From NCBI GenBank assembly GCA_963827475.1, contig CAWHAZ010000005.1, positions 320,001-384,000 of the forward strand: 64,000 nt of DNA, read 5' to 3'. The notes under the pieces are model-generated. The model had not been told where the DNA came from. It saw only the letters and a list, made by a program, of their open reading frames with translations, and did not search any database. Every line of letters starts with the position of its first letter. Within the stretch, counting starts at the first letter, position 1. Both the position numbers and the translations under genes were made by a program. The DNA is from an uncultured Chloroflexia bacterium (lineage in GTDB: Bacteria > Chloroflexota > Limnocylindria > QHBO01). Below, piece by piece: positions 40,792 to 51,823 of this stretch.

Positions 40792-41281
40792 GTGACACGG
40801 ATCCCGGCCCTCGGCCGGAGGGGGGAGGGATGGGTCGTCCTCCAGGTCCTGCTGTTCGCCCTCATCGCCGTCCTCGGCGCGATCAGCCTGCCCTCGGCGG
40901 ACCCCGGACCGGGAATATCGGTCTCTCGTCGTCGGTCTTGGGCTCGTCCTTGACCTTCGTCGGCGGCCTGGTCGTCCATGCAGGGGGTCCGCGGCCTCGG
41001 CCCCAGCTTCACCGCTGTGCCTTATCCGCGGGACGACGGCGCGCTGGTCCGGGAGCGGCATCTACGCTCGATCCGGCACCCGATCTACGCCGGCACCATC
41101 GTCTGGCCCTGGCCTGGGCGTGCATCACGCCTCAGCCTACCGGCGCTGGCCGCGGTCGCTGGTCCTGGCGGTCGTCCTCGACCTGAAGGCGCGACGCGAG
41201 GAAGCCTGGCTGGCGGACCGCTACCCCGACTACGACGCCTACCGCGCCGCGACCCATCGGTTCGTTCCCGGTCTCTACTAG
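40792..41281 (+). CDS. Isoprenylcysteine carboxyl-methyltransferase (ICMT/PEMT) family; frameshifted
   Basis: P.P....LV..G.Y..IRHPIY and KARREE..L...YP.Y..Y......F.P motifs across frames. Confidence 0.72.
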
Positions 41282-41296
41282 CACTACCATCGGGCG

Positions 41297-41897
41297 GTGA
41301 TCACCTATGCCCCGAGCACGTGCCTGCTGGTCGTGGACGTGCAGAACGACTTCGCGGACCCTGACGGGAAGCCTGAGCGTGCGGGGCGGCGCCGACGTGG
41401 TTCCCGTCCTCAACGAGGAGATCCGCCGCGCGACCGATGCCGGCGCGCCGGTGGTCTACACCCAGGACTGGCACCCGGCCTCGACGCCGCACTTCGCGAA
41501 GGACGGGGGGATCTGGCCGGTGCACTGCGTCGGGGACACGTGGGGTGCCGAGTTCCACCCCGACCTGCTCGTCGCCGGCCCATCGGTGCGCAAGGGGGTG
41601 GATGGGGGAGACGGCTACTCCGGTTTCTCGGTGCGCGACCCGCATTCCGGTGACACGTATCGGACCGAGCTGGAGCACATCCTTCGCGAGCGAGGGGTGA
41701 CCCGGATCGTGATCGGCGGGCTGACGACCGACTACTGCGTGAAGGAGACGGCGCTCGACGGCATGGACGCCGGATTCGCGGTCCTGGTGTTGACCGATGC
41801 CATCGCCGCGGTCGACCTCGAGCCGGGCGACGGCGCCCTGGCGATCGACGAGATGGTGGAGGCCGGGGCGGTCATGGCCGCCGCGAATCGCGGATGA
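41297..41897 (+). CDS. pncA: Nicotinamidase/pyrazinamidase (isochorismatase family); frameshift near 41370
   Basis: VVDVQNDF, TQDWHP, WPVHCV, KG...YSGF and TDYCV motifs. Confidence 0.85.
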
Positions 41898-42605
41898 CGG
41901 ACGGCAGGGAGGTGTTCGGACTCCCGGCCCGTCGCCTCGGCAACGGCCTGATCGGGTTCGGCGTCGCGGGCCTGGCGGTCACGATCATCCTGGCCGTGGT
42001 CTGGCTCGGAATGCTCGTCGCCATGCAGGACCTGGACGAGCGGCTGGAGGCGGACCGCGAGGCCCTCGCCACGGCGCTGGTCAACACCTCGGATCTGATG
42101 GACAGCACCGCCTCCGCGATCGAGGCCACGACCGACGCACTGGACAACGTCGGCGTCGCGCTGGACGACGCGGCCATCGCTGCTCGACCGGCTGGGCACC
42201 ACCACCGCTGACCTGGCGGATGCCCTCAACGTCTCGATTCTCGGCCAGCAGCCGTTCGCCGGGGCGGCGGAGAACCTCGAGGACATCGCCACCGACCTCG
42301 AGACCTTCGCCGGCCACGCGGACACCCTGGCCGGCGACATCGAGACCCTCGGCCCGCCGCTGACCGACCTGGCGGCCGACCTGCGCACGGTGGAGGAGTC
42401 CGTCGGTGCGCTGGCCGTCCGGGTGGACGAGTTCGGCGGCGTCGAGCGCCTGGTGGGCCTGGTCCGAATCTACGCCGTGCTGTCGGCCGTCCTGGCGGCG
42501 TGGCTGGCCGTGCTGGCCGCCGGCTGCATCTGGGCCGGGCGCCAGCTGCGTGCCGCCGCGGTCACCCCGACGGCCGCCTCCGCCGAGACCACCCCCACCA
42601 GCTGA
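41894..42605 (+). CDS. Membrane protein (TM-coiled coil-TM); frameshift near 42185
   Basis: N- and C-terminal hydrophobic helices flank a heptad-rich acidic region. Confidence 0.6.
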
Positions 42606-42765
42606 GCGCCGCCCCGCCGACGACCGCCAGCGCCCCGAGCACGACCCAGGTCCGGTCCCCGGTCATGAAGCTCGACGACACGATCACGCCGAGGCCCTGG
42701 AGAATCCAGACCACGCCGGCCAGAATGACCAGGACGCCCAGGATCATGGCTATCGCCGTGCGCAC
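42562..42765 (-). CDS. Small membrane protein
   Basis: G.VW.LQG.G....SFMTG...W; two TM helices; TACCAT -10 six nt before the GTG. Confidence 0.7.
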   Translation of the reverse strand: MRTAIAMILGVLVILAGVVWILQGLGVIVSSSFMTGDRTWVVLGALAVVGGAALSWWGWSRRRRPSG

Positions 42766-42937
42766 GCTCGGATGGTAGACTTTCTGCCGATCCGGACCCG
42801 TTCGTCCGGCGTCCAGAGCCTTTCCCTCCCCTCCACCACGGTGTTTCGTCGGCTCACGGGGTAGTGGTTAGACCCGTGGCCGGCCACCGAGCGAGCGGAC
42901 AGCGGATCATGTCCAACTCTCACAGTGGAGGGTCCAG

Positions 42938-43279
42938 GTGACCTATTCCGACCAGGTTCTCGCGTGTGTTGACTGCGGGACCGAGTTTGTCTTCTCCGCA
43001 TCGGAGCAGAGCTTCTTTGCCGAGAAAGGCTTCACATCCCCCCCGAAGCGATGTCCTTCGTGCCGCGCCCAGCGCCGCGCGTCGGGCGGCTACGGTGGCA
43101 GCAGCAGCAGCAGCAGCTACGGCTCAGGCGGTGGCTATGGCGGCGGGTATGACCGCGGCCCTCGCGAGATGCACGACGCCGTCTGTGCGCGGTGCGGCAA
43201 GGACACCCAGGTGCCCTTCAAGCCAACCGGCGCCCGTCCGGTGTACTGCAGCGACTGCTTCCGTCTCGTTCGCGGCTAG
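42938..43279 (+). CDS. Zinc-ribbon / CxxC-x17-CxxC domain protein
   Basis: C.DCG..F.F...EQ.FF..KGF...PKRC..CR, a Gly/Ser linker, then C..CG....VPF.P...RPVYC..CF. Confidence 0.9.
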   Translation: MTYSDQVLACVDCGTEFVFSASEQSFFAEKGFTSPPKRCPSCRAQRRASGGYGGSSSSSSYGSGGGYGGGYDRGPREMHDAVCARCGKDTQVPFKPTGARPVYCSDCFRLVRG

Positions 43280-43290
43280 ATAGACCGATG

Positions 43291-43356
43291 GCGCCGGCTT
43301 CGGCCGGCGCGATCGAACCACGAAGGCGGCGCCCAACCGGGCGCCGGTTTATGTTT
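43291..43356 (+). terminator. UUCG hairpin followed by an intrinsic terminator
   Basis: GCGCCGGC-TTCG-GCCGGCGC (43291-43310), then CGGCGCCC-AACC-GGGCGCCG followed by GTTTATGTTT. Confidence 0.7.
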
Positions 43357-43416
43357 CTGCACCTCCTGCTTGACCCACGTCACGAGAGCGACCAGCCCGA
43401 TGGGTATCATTCGACC

Positions 43417-45296
43417 GTGACCCGGGAACAGGATCGTGACCTGTGGCGTGAGCTCGGCCAGCAGATCCGGGTGGACTCCATCCGGGCATCGAGCGCGGCC
43501 GGCTCCGGCCATCCCACGTCGTCGATGTCCGGCGCGGACCTCATGGCCGTGCTGCTCGTCCGCCCATCTGCGCTACGACTTCGACGACCCGAGCGACCCG
43601 CGGAACGACCACCTGATCTTCAGCAAGGGCCATGCCAGCCCGCTCCTGTACGCGATGTACCTGGCGGCCGGGCGCGATCACCGACGACGAGCTCCTCACC
43701 TTCCGCAAGCAGGGCAGCCGGATCGAGGGCCATCCCACCCCGGTCCTCCCGTGGGTGGACGTCGCCACCGGCTCGCTGGGCCAGGGCCTGCCGATCGGCG
43801 TCGGTGTCGCGCTGGCCGGCAAGATGCTCGACCGCCTGCCGTACCGGGTCTGGGTCCTGTGCGGCGACAGCGAGATGGCGGAGGGCTCGATGTACGAGGC
43901 GATGGAGCACGCCGCGCATGCCGGTCTCGACAACCTGACCGCCATCGTCGACGTCAACCGCCTCGGCCAGACCGGCGAGACGATGCATGGCTGGGACCTC
44001 GAGGCCTACGTCCGCCGGGCCCAGGCCGCCGGCTGGCACGCGATCGCGATCGACGGCCACGACGTGGACGAGATCGACCAGGCGTATGCCAAGGCCGCGG
44101 CCACGGAGCTCCGACCGACGATGATCGTGGCCCGGACCGAGAAGGGTCGCGGGGTCTCCGCCGTGGCCAACCAGAACGGGTTCCACGGCAAGCCGCTCGC
44201 CGACCCGGAGGCCGCCATCGCCGAGCTGGGCGGGCTGCGCTCCATCCGCATCACGGTCAATCCGCCGGACCGCAGCGTGGAACCGCGGCCGGCTCCGGAG
44301 CCCGGGGTCGTTCGCCTCCCCGCCTATGAGCTCGGCACGACGGAGGCGACCCGCCGCGCGTACGGAGACGCCCTCGCGGCCGTGGGCAGCGCCCGCGCCG
44401 AGGTCGTCGCCCTCGACGGTGAGGTCAGCAACTCGACGTATGCCGAGATCTACCGCGAAGCACACCCGGATCGGTATTTCGAGATGTACATCGCCGAACA
44501 GCAGCTGGTGGCGGCCGCGGTGGGGATGCAGGTCCGCGGCTGGCGGCCCTTCGTCTCGACGTTCGCCGCCTTCCTGACCCGGGCCTATGACTTCATCCGG
44601 ATGGCCGCCGTCAGCCGCGCCAACATGGCCCTGGTCGGCTCGCATGCCGGTGTCTCGATCGGCGAGGACGGCCCGTCCCAGATGGCGCTCGAGGACCTGG
44701 CCATGATGCGGGCCGTCCATGGCAGCACCGTGCTCTACCCGTCCGACGCGAACCAGGCCGCCGCCCTGGTGGTCGAGATGGTCGACCGGCCCGGCATCTC
44801 GTTCCTGCGCACGACGCGCGAGAAGACCCCGGTCATCTATCCGCCCGGCGAGAAGTTCCCGATCGGCGGAGCCCGGGTCGTGCGCTCGTCCACCGAGGAC
44901 GAGGTCACCCTGGTCGGGGCGGGAATCACCCTGCACCAGTCGATCGCGGCCGCCGAACGCCTGGCCGCGGACGGGATCTCCGCGCGGGTGATCGACCTGT
45001 ACAGCATCAAGCCGATCGACGAGGACACGCTTCGCCAGGCCGGCGCCGACACCGGACGGCTGGTGACGGTGGAGGACCACTGGCCGGAGGGCGGGCTCGG
45101 CGACGCGGTGCTCGAGGTCTTCGCCGGCGAGCCTGAGCCCCCGCGCATCGTCCGGCTCGCGGTACGCGACATGCCGGGCTCGGCGACGCCCGCCCAGCAG
45201 CTGGCCGCGGCGGGCATCGACGCGGACGCGATCGTCACCGCCGCCCGCGAGCTGGTGGCCCGCACCACCCCGGAACCGGCCGAGATCAGCGGCTAG
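43417..45296 (+). CDS. tkt: Transketolase; frameshifts near 43560 and 43670
   Basis: SGHPTSSMS, SKGHA, EGHP, ATGSLGQG, GDSE.AEG, IAEQ and GEDGPSQ motifs. Confidence 0.92.
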
Positions 45297-45309
45297 GAGG
45301 TATCGGTCC

Positions 45310-46413
45310 ATGAACACCCTGCAGCGCCTGTACGCCGAGTTCGGCCAGAGCCCATGGGTCGACTCCATCGACCGCGAGCTCATCGACTCGGGTGGGCTGG
45401 CCACCATGATCCGGGAGGGAATCCGGGGCCTGACCAGCAACCCCACCATCTTTGCCAAGGCGGTTGCCGCGGGCTACTACGACGAGCTGATCCGGACGAT
45501 GCACGAGGACGGCACGGACGGCCAGGCCATCTACGAAGCGATCGCGGTGGGGGACATCCGCGATGCGGCCGACCTCCTGCGCCCGGTCTACACCGCCGCC
45601 GATGGAGCCGATGGCCTGGCCTCGATCGAGGTCGAGCCGGCGCTGGCCGATGACGGGGAGGCCACCCTGCGTCGGGCGCGCGAGCTGTGGGCGGCCGTCG
45701 ACCGCCCGAACATCTTCGTGAAGATCCCCGCCACCTCGGCGGGCCTGCCGGCGATCGAGGCCGCCACCGCCGAGGGGATCAACGTGAACATCACGCTCAT
45801 GTTCTCGGTCGACGTCTATCGCGACGTGGCCCGGGCCTACATCGCCGGCCTGCGCCGGTTCGGCGAGGCCGGAGGCGACGTGTCGCGCGTGGCGTCGGTG
45901 GCGAGCTTCTTCGTCAGCCGGGTGGACACCAAGGTCGACAAGGCGCTGGACGCGATCGGGACCGATGCGGCCGCCCGCGCCCGCGGGACGGCCGCGGTGG
46001 CCAACGCCCAGCTCGCCTACCAGGCCTACGGGGAGATCTTCGGCGGGGCCGAGTTTGCCGACCTGCGGGCCGCGGGAGCGCGGGTCCAGCGCTGCCTGTG
46101 GGCGAGCACCTCGACCAAGGACCCCGCCTACCGGGACGTGAAGTACGTCGAAGCGCTCATCGGCCCGGACACCGTCGACACCATGCCCCGCGAGACGATC
46201 GCCGCGACGCTGGACCACGGGGAGCTGGGCCGAACCCTGGACGCCGACTTCGGTGCCGCCGCCGCGGCCATCGCCGCGGTCGAGGCCCTGGGCATCTCGA
46301 TGCGCCAGGTGACCGACGAGCTCATCGCCGAGGGGGTCGCGGCCTTCGCGAAGTCATTCGACGAGCTCCTCGCCACCATCGAGGAGAAGCGGCGGGCCCT
46401 CGCCACCGCATGA
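45310..46413 (+). CDS. tal: Transaldolase
   Basis: GQSPW.D, TSNPTIF, VKIPAT, NVNITL.FS, SFFVSRVD and LWAST motifs. Confidence 0.95.
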   Translation: MNTLQRLYAEFGQSPWVDSIDRELIDSGGLATMIREGIRGLTSNPTIFAKAVAAGYYDELIRTMHEDGTDGQAIYEAIAVGDIRDAADLLRPVYTAADGADGLASIEVEPALADDGEATLRRARELWAAVDRPNIFVKIPATSAGLPAIEAATAEGINVNITLMFSVDVYRDVARAYIAGLRRFGEAGGDVSRVASVASFFVSRVDTKVDKALDAIGTDAAARARGTAAVANAQLAYQAYGEIFGGAEFADLRAAGARVQRCLWASTSTKDPAYRDVKYVEALIGPDTVDTMPRETIAATLDHGELGRTLDADFGAAAAAIAAVEALGISMRQVTDELIAEGVAAFAKSFDELLATIEEKRRALATA

Positions 46414-48078
46414 CCGATCCGCTCGCCGACGCCGTCGCCTCGCGGCTCGAGCAGTGGGCGGCCGACCGGGTCGCGGAGCGGCTGTGGGAGCGGGACGGGA
46501 CGCTGTGGGCCGCGAGCGGGCATCCGCCCGCTGACGTAGCCGCCTGGCTCGGCTGGCTCGACCTCCCCGAACGGATGTCGGCACGGATCGACGAGATCCG
46601 CAACCTGGCCGAGGCGGTGTCCCGCGACGGGTATCGGCGCGCTGCCGTGCTCGGGATGGGCGGCTCGAGCCTCGCCCCGGAGCTGTGCGGCCGCCTGTTC
46701 GACGGGATGACCGACCTGCGCGTCTGTGACTCGACCCACCCCGACGCCGTTCGCGGGTTCCGCGGCTGGGCAACGGCCGCACGGGCGATCCAGTTCGTGT
46801 CCTCCAAGTCGGGAACCACGACCGAGACGCTCGCGTTCCACGCCGCGATGGCCGACGTCGTCCCGGCCCTCGACTTCGTGGCGATCACCGATCCGGGGAC
46901 CCCCCTCGCCGACCTGGCCCGCGCCCAGGAATTCCGCGCCATCGTCGAAGGCGAGCCAGAGGTCGGCGGACGCTACTCCGCGCTGTCGGTCTTCGGACTC
47001 GTCCCGGCGGCGATCCGTGGCGTGGACGTCGAGGCGGTGCTGTCCGAGGCGCGGGCCATGGCCGACGCCTGCCGGGCGCCGGCCACCGAGAACTCCGCGC
47101 TGATCTTGGCGGCGACGGTTGGCGAGGCCGCTCTCGCGGGTCGTGACAAGCTGACGATCCTCACCACCCCGCGCCTGTCGAGCCTCGGCGACTGGATCGA
47201 GCAGCTCGTCGCCGAGAGCGTGGGAAAGAGCGGCCGTGGCGTGGTTCCCGTCGTCGGCGAGCCCCGCGGCCGGGTGGCAGGCCTATGGCGCCGACCGGTG
47301 CTTCGTGACCATCTCGCTTGCCTCCGAGCCGGACGACGGCCTGGCCGACTTCGCGACCGCCCTCCGGGAGGCCGGGCACCCGGTCGGGGAGTTCCGGCTC
47401 GATCGGCCCGAGGCCGTCGGCGGCGAGTTCATCCGCTGGGAGATCGCCACCGCCGCGCTGGGAATCGTGCTCGGGGTGAACCCGTTCGACCAGCCGGACG
47501 TGGCCGCGGCCAAGTCGGCCACCGAGGCGCTGCTCGAGGGCTTCCGGCGCGACGGCGCGCTGCGCCTGCCGATGCCGCTGGTGTCGGAGCCGGGGCTGTC
47601 GGCGTTCGGCGACGCCGAGCGCCTCGGCGACACCCCGCCCTCGGTGGCTGCCGCCGTCCGGTCGTTGCTGGAGCAGATCGGCGACGGCGACTACCTCGCG
47701 GTGCTCGCCTTCGTGCCGCCGGATCGCGGAACCTGGGCCGCCCTGGATCGGCTCCGCGCCACCGTTCGCGACGCGCTCGGCGCGGCGACCACGGTCGGCA
47801 TCGGGCCGCGCTACCTCCACTCCACCGGCCAGCTGCACAAGGGCGGGCCGGACAACGGGGTGTACCTCATGCTCACCGCGGACCCGGAGCGCGACCTCCC
47901 GATCCCCGGACGTGCCGAGACCTTCGGCACGTTGATCGCTGCCCAGGCGGCCGGCGACCTGGCCGCCCTCGAGCAGCGCGGCCGGCGCATCCTGCGACTG
48001 CATGCCGCCGACGCGGCGTCCGGCCTCGAGCGCCTCGGCCAGCTGGTCACGGAAGCCGTGGGCGCGCCGGCCGCCTAG
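46410..48078 (+). CDS. pgi: Glucose-6-phosphate isomerase (type found in Tal-Pgi fusions); frameshift near 47270
   Basis: GMGGSSL, SSKSGTT.E, GGRYSALS, EQL.AES.GK, NPFDQP.V and RYLHSTGQLHKGG motifs. Confidence 0.88.
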
Positions 48079-48111
48079 GCCATCATCATCGGTACCGAAA
48101 GAGGAGAGGTC

Positions 48112-49050
48112 ATGCAGGTCGGGATCGTGGGACTGGGCCGTATCGGGGCCGGGATGGCTCGGCGCCTGGCGCGCGGCGGTCACGAGGTCACCGCCTGGAA
48201 CCGCACCGCGCAGGTCGCCACCGACCTCGCCGCGGAGCCGGAGAACGGCGGGCAGGTGACCGCGGTGGCCACCGTCGAGGAGCTCGTCGCGGGCCTGGCC
48301 GCGCCGCGGTTCGTCCTGCTCAGCCTGCCGGCCGGTGACGCGACCCAGGGGCTGATCGACCAGCTGGCGCCCCAGTTGGCCGCGGGCGACGTGATCGTCG
48401 ACACCGGCAACGCGAACTTCCGCGACAGCGCCCGCCGCGCCACCGAGCTGGCGGGACGTGGCCTGGGGTTCCTCGACATGGGGGTGTCCGGCGGGGTCTG
48501 GGGCCTGCAGGTCGGTTTCTGCGCCATGGTCGGCGGCGACCGGGCCGCGTTCGAGCGGCTGGAGCCGGCGATCGCTACCCTCGCCCCGCCCGACGGCTAT
48601 CTCTACTGCGGGCCGGCCGGGGCCGGGCACTACGTGAAGATGGTCCACAACGGGATCGAGTACGGGCTGATGGAGGCGTACGGCGAGGGATTCGACATCC
48701 TCCACGCGTCCGACTACGAACTCGACCTGGCCGCCATCGCGCGCCTGTGGAACCACGGCAGCGTCATCCGCTCGTGGCTGCTCGAGCTCGCCGCCAACGC
48801 GTTCGAGAAGGAGGGCAACGACCTCGAGGGCATCGCCGGCTGGGTGGCCGACTCGGGCGAGGGTCGCTGGACGGTGGCCGACGCCCTCGAGCACGACGTC
48901 CCGGCCCCGATCATCACCCTGGCCCTCATCCAGCGGCTCCGCAGCCGGCGCTCGCCGGACAGCTTCACCGACCGCGTCCTGGCGGCCCTGCGCAACGAGT
49001 TCGGCGGCCACGCGGTGAAATCCACCGACGCGTCGGACGGATCGGCCTGA
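48112..49050 (+). CDS. gnd: 6-phosphogluconate dehydrogenase (decarboxylating, short form)
   Basis: GLGRIG, D.GVSGG, GHYVKMVHNGIEYG, SGEGRW and R.EFGGH motifs. Confidence 0.93.
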   Translation: MQVGIVGLGRIGAGMARRLARGGHEVTAWNRTAQVATDLAAEPENGGQVTAVATVEELVAGLAAPRFVLLSLPAGDATQGLIDQLAPQLAAGDVIVDTGNANFRDSARRATELAGRGLGFLDMGVSGGVWGLQVGFCAMVGGDRAAFERLEPAIATLAPPDGYLYCGPAGAGHYVKMVHNGIEYGLMEAYGEGFDILHASDYELDLAAIARLWNHGSVIRSWLLELAANAFEKEGNDLEGIAGWVADSGEGRWTVADALEHDVPAPIITLALIQRLRSRRSPDSFTDRVLAALRNEFGGHAVKSTDASDGSA

Positions 49051-49054
49051 GCCG

Positions 49055-50626
49055 ATGGTTGCCGTCAGCCCGCTGAGCCCCGCGCCATCGGTCAACCCCC
49101 TGCGCCAGGGGCTGCGCCAGGAGCGGATGCCCGAGCCGTGCACCATGGTCATCTGCGGCGCGACCGGGGACCTCACCCGCCGCAAGCTGGGGCCGGCCAT
49201 CTACAACCTGGCCCTCGGCGGGTTCCTGCCGCCGGAGTTCACGGTGGTCGGCTTCGCCCGGCGACCGATGACCAACGAGGAGTTCCACGACCACCTGCGC
49301 GAGGGGATCGACGAGTTCTCCCGCAACCGGCCGGTGTCCGAATCGGTCTGGTCCGCGTTCGCGGCCGGCATCGAGTACGAGCAGGGCAACCTCGACGATC
49401 CGGAGGCGTACGCCTCCCTGGCCCGCCACCTGGATCGGATCGACCGCGACCGCGGCACGGCCGGCAACCGCCTGTTCTACCTCGCGATCCAGCCCTCGCT
49501 CGTCCCCGAGGTCGTGAGCCACCTCGGCGCGGCGGGCCTGGCCGGCAGCGCGGAGCGGACGAGCGGCCGCCAGGGCTGGACCCGGCTCGTCGTCGAGAAG
49601 CCGTTCGGGTCGGACATCACCTCGGCGATGACCCTCAACCGCGAGCTCCGCGAGGTGTTCGACGAGGACCAGATCTATCGGATCGACCACTACCTCGGCA
49701 AGGAGACCGTGCAGAACCTCGCCGTCTTCCGGTTCGGCAACGGGCTGTTCGAGCCGATCTGGAACCGGCGCTACATCGACTCGGTCCAGATCACCGTCGC
49801 CGAGACCGTCGGCCTGGAAGGCCGGGGCGAGTTCTACGACCAGACCGGCGCCCTGCGCGACATCGTCCAGAACCACGTCCTCCAGCTCCTCGCCGTGTTC
49901 GCCATGGAGCCGCCGGTCGAGTTCGGGCCGAACGACCTTCGTGACGAGAAGCTCAAGGTCCTGCGCGCGGTCAGACCGATGACCCCCGAGGACGTGGCGC
50001 ACAACACGGTCCGCGGGCAGTACATCACCGGTTGGGTGGCCGGCCAGAAGGTTCCCGCCTACCGTGACGAGCCGGAGGTCGCCCCTGATTCCGAGACGGA
50101 GACCTACGTCGGACTGAAGCTCGGGATCGACTCGTGGCGCTGGGCGGGCGTGCCGTTCTACATCCGGACCGGCAAGGCGCTCGCGTCGCGGGTGACCGAG
50201 ATCGCGGTCCAGTTCCGCCGCGCCCCGCTGGCGCTCTTCGGGCGCGCCGGCACGCCCGACATGGAGCCAAACGTGCTCGCCATCCGGGTCCAGCCCGACG
50301 AAGGCATCCTCCTCCGGTTCGGGGCCAAGGTTCCCGGACCGGGGCTGAACATCCGCGGCGTGAACATGGACTTCCGCTACGGGAGCTCGTTCGCGGTGGA
50401 CTCCCCCGATGCCTACGAGACGCTGCTGCTCGACTGCATGATCGGTGACTCGACCCTGTTCACCCGCGACGACGAGGTGGTCCGGGCGTGGGAGATCCTC
50501 GATCCGATCGTCGTCGCCTGGCAGGACGGCGCGGCGCCGCTCCACTTCTACGCGGCGGGGAGCTGGGGGCCGCCGGCGGCCGACGAGCTGCTCGCCCGCG
50601 ACGCCCGGGAGTGGCGGCGGCCGTGA
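49055..50626 (+). CDS. zwf: Glucose-6-phosphate dehydrogenase
   Basis: GATGDL, EKPFG, RIDHYLGKE, QNH.LQ and RW.GVPFY.RTGK motifs. Confidence 0.96.
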   Translation: MVAVSPLSPAPSVNPLRQGLRQERMPEPCTMVICGATGDLTRRKLGPAIYNLALGGFLPPEFTVVGFARRPMTNEEFHDHLREGIDEFSRNRPVSESVWSAFAAGIEYEQGNLDDPEAYASLARHLDRIDRDRGTAGNRLFYLAIQPSLVPEVVSHLGAAGLAGSAERTSGRQGWTRLVVEKPFGSDITSAMTLNRELREVFDEDQIYRIDHYLGKETVQNLAVFRFGNGLFEPIWNRRYIDSVQITVAETVGLEGRGEFYDQTGALRDIVQNHVLQLLAVFAMEPPVEFGPNDLRDEKLKVLRAVRPMTPEDVAHNTVRGQYITGWVAGQKVPAYRDEPEVAPDSETETYVGLKLGIDSWRWAGVPFYIRTGKALASRVTEIAVQFRRAPLALFGRAGTPDMEPNVLAIRVQPDEGILLRFGAKVPGPGLNIRGVNMDFRYGSSFAVDSPDAYETLLLDCMIGDSTLFTRDDEVVRAWEILDPIVVAWQDGAAPLHFYAAGSWGPPAADELLARDAREWRRP

Positions 50627-51823
50627 GCGTGGAGATGCACGCCGCTCCCTACTGGGAGATGCGCGGCACCACGGTCCGCGCGGTGGAGGCGGAGCTCGCC
50701 CGCATCTGGCACGAGGCCACCACCGAAGGGGACAGCGTCACGGAGAAGGGCGCGCCCAACGCGCGGACCTCGGTGATGAACCTGATCATCACCGCGCCCG
50801 ATCAGCAGGCCGGCGACCGGATCCTGAAGACCCTGCTGGCGCTCGGCACGCGGCATCCGTCGCGGGCGATCATCCTGCACGCCGATCCCCACGCGGACGG
50901 CGACTCCCTCGACGCGCGGATCGCGACCCACTGCCACGACGGTGAGAACGGCAATGGTCGGGTCTGCTTCGAACAGCTGGCGCTCACCGTCCGCGGCGAG
51001 GCGGCGCGGCACCTGGACGGCATCGTCGCCCCGCTGCTCATCCACGACCTGCCGATCGACGTGTGGTGGCCGGGAGATCCGCCGTTCGACGATCCGGTGT
51101 TCAACCAGCTGGTCGAGCTCGGCGACCGGCTGGTGGTCAACGCCTCGGACTTCGGGAACCTGCCCGCCGGCCTGAAGCGGCTGGCCGCCATCCGGCGCCG
51201 CTCGGGCGTGGGGGACGTCACCTGGGAACGGCTCGCGCCATGGCATGAGCTGACCGCCCAGTTCTTCGACGCGCCGCGCTTCCGCCGCTACCTGCCCAAC
51301 CTGTCGCGCCTGGTCATCAGGTACGCGGTCCCGGAGAACGGCAACGAGGCCGAACCACCGAACTCCGACACTCATCCTCGGGACGCGCTCCCCGGCGGCC
51401 GCGGCGCTGCTGTACGCCGGATGGATCGCGACCAGGTTGGCCTGGCGGCGGGCCCAGTGGCGCGAGCCGCCGGTCGAAGGGGGCCTCCGTCTGGTGCTCG
51501 AGGGGCGCTACGAGATGGTCGACGTGATCGTCGAGCCGGTGCGGACCTCCGCCGTCCCGCCGGGTGAGCTGACCTCGGTCCGGCTGCGCGCCTTCGGCGA
51601 GGCGGGCTCCGCCGAGTTCATCGTCGACCGCCCGGAGTTCGAGGCGGCGGTCGTGGCCAACGCCGACGGGATGACGGCCTACATTCGCCGCATCCCGCTG
51701 CTTCCCGAGAGCGAGGCCGAGGTCATCCGCCGCCAGCTCAGCCTCGACCAGCGCGACCTGACCTACGAGGACGCCCTGCGCGCGGCGGCGATCCTGGCGT
51801 CGACCACGGCGGACGCCGGATGA
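50623..51823 (+). CDS. opcA: G6PD assembly/allosteric effector OpcA; frameshift near 51380
   Basis: AR..V.NL, HPSR.I, PLL..DLP..VWW and D..W.RL..W....AQFFD motifs; located between zwf and pgl. Confidence 0.85.

Noticed and set aside
43099-43117. (AGC)n microsatellite as a phase-variation tract
   Set aside because: In-frame poly-Ser linker; length changes would not shift the frame.
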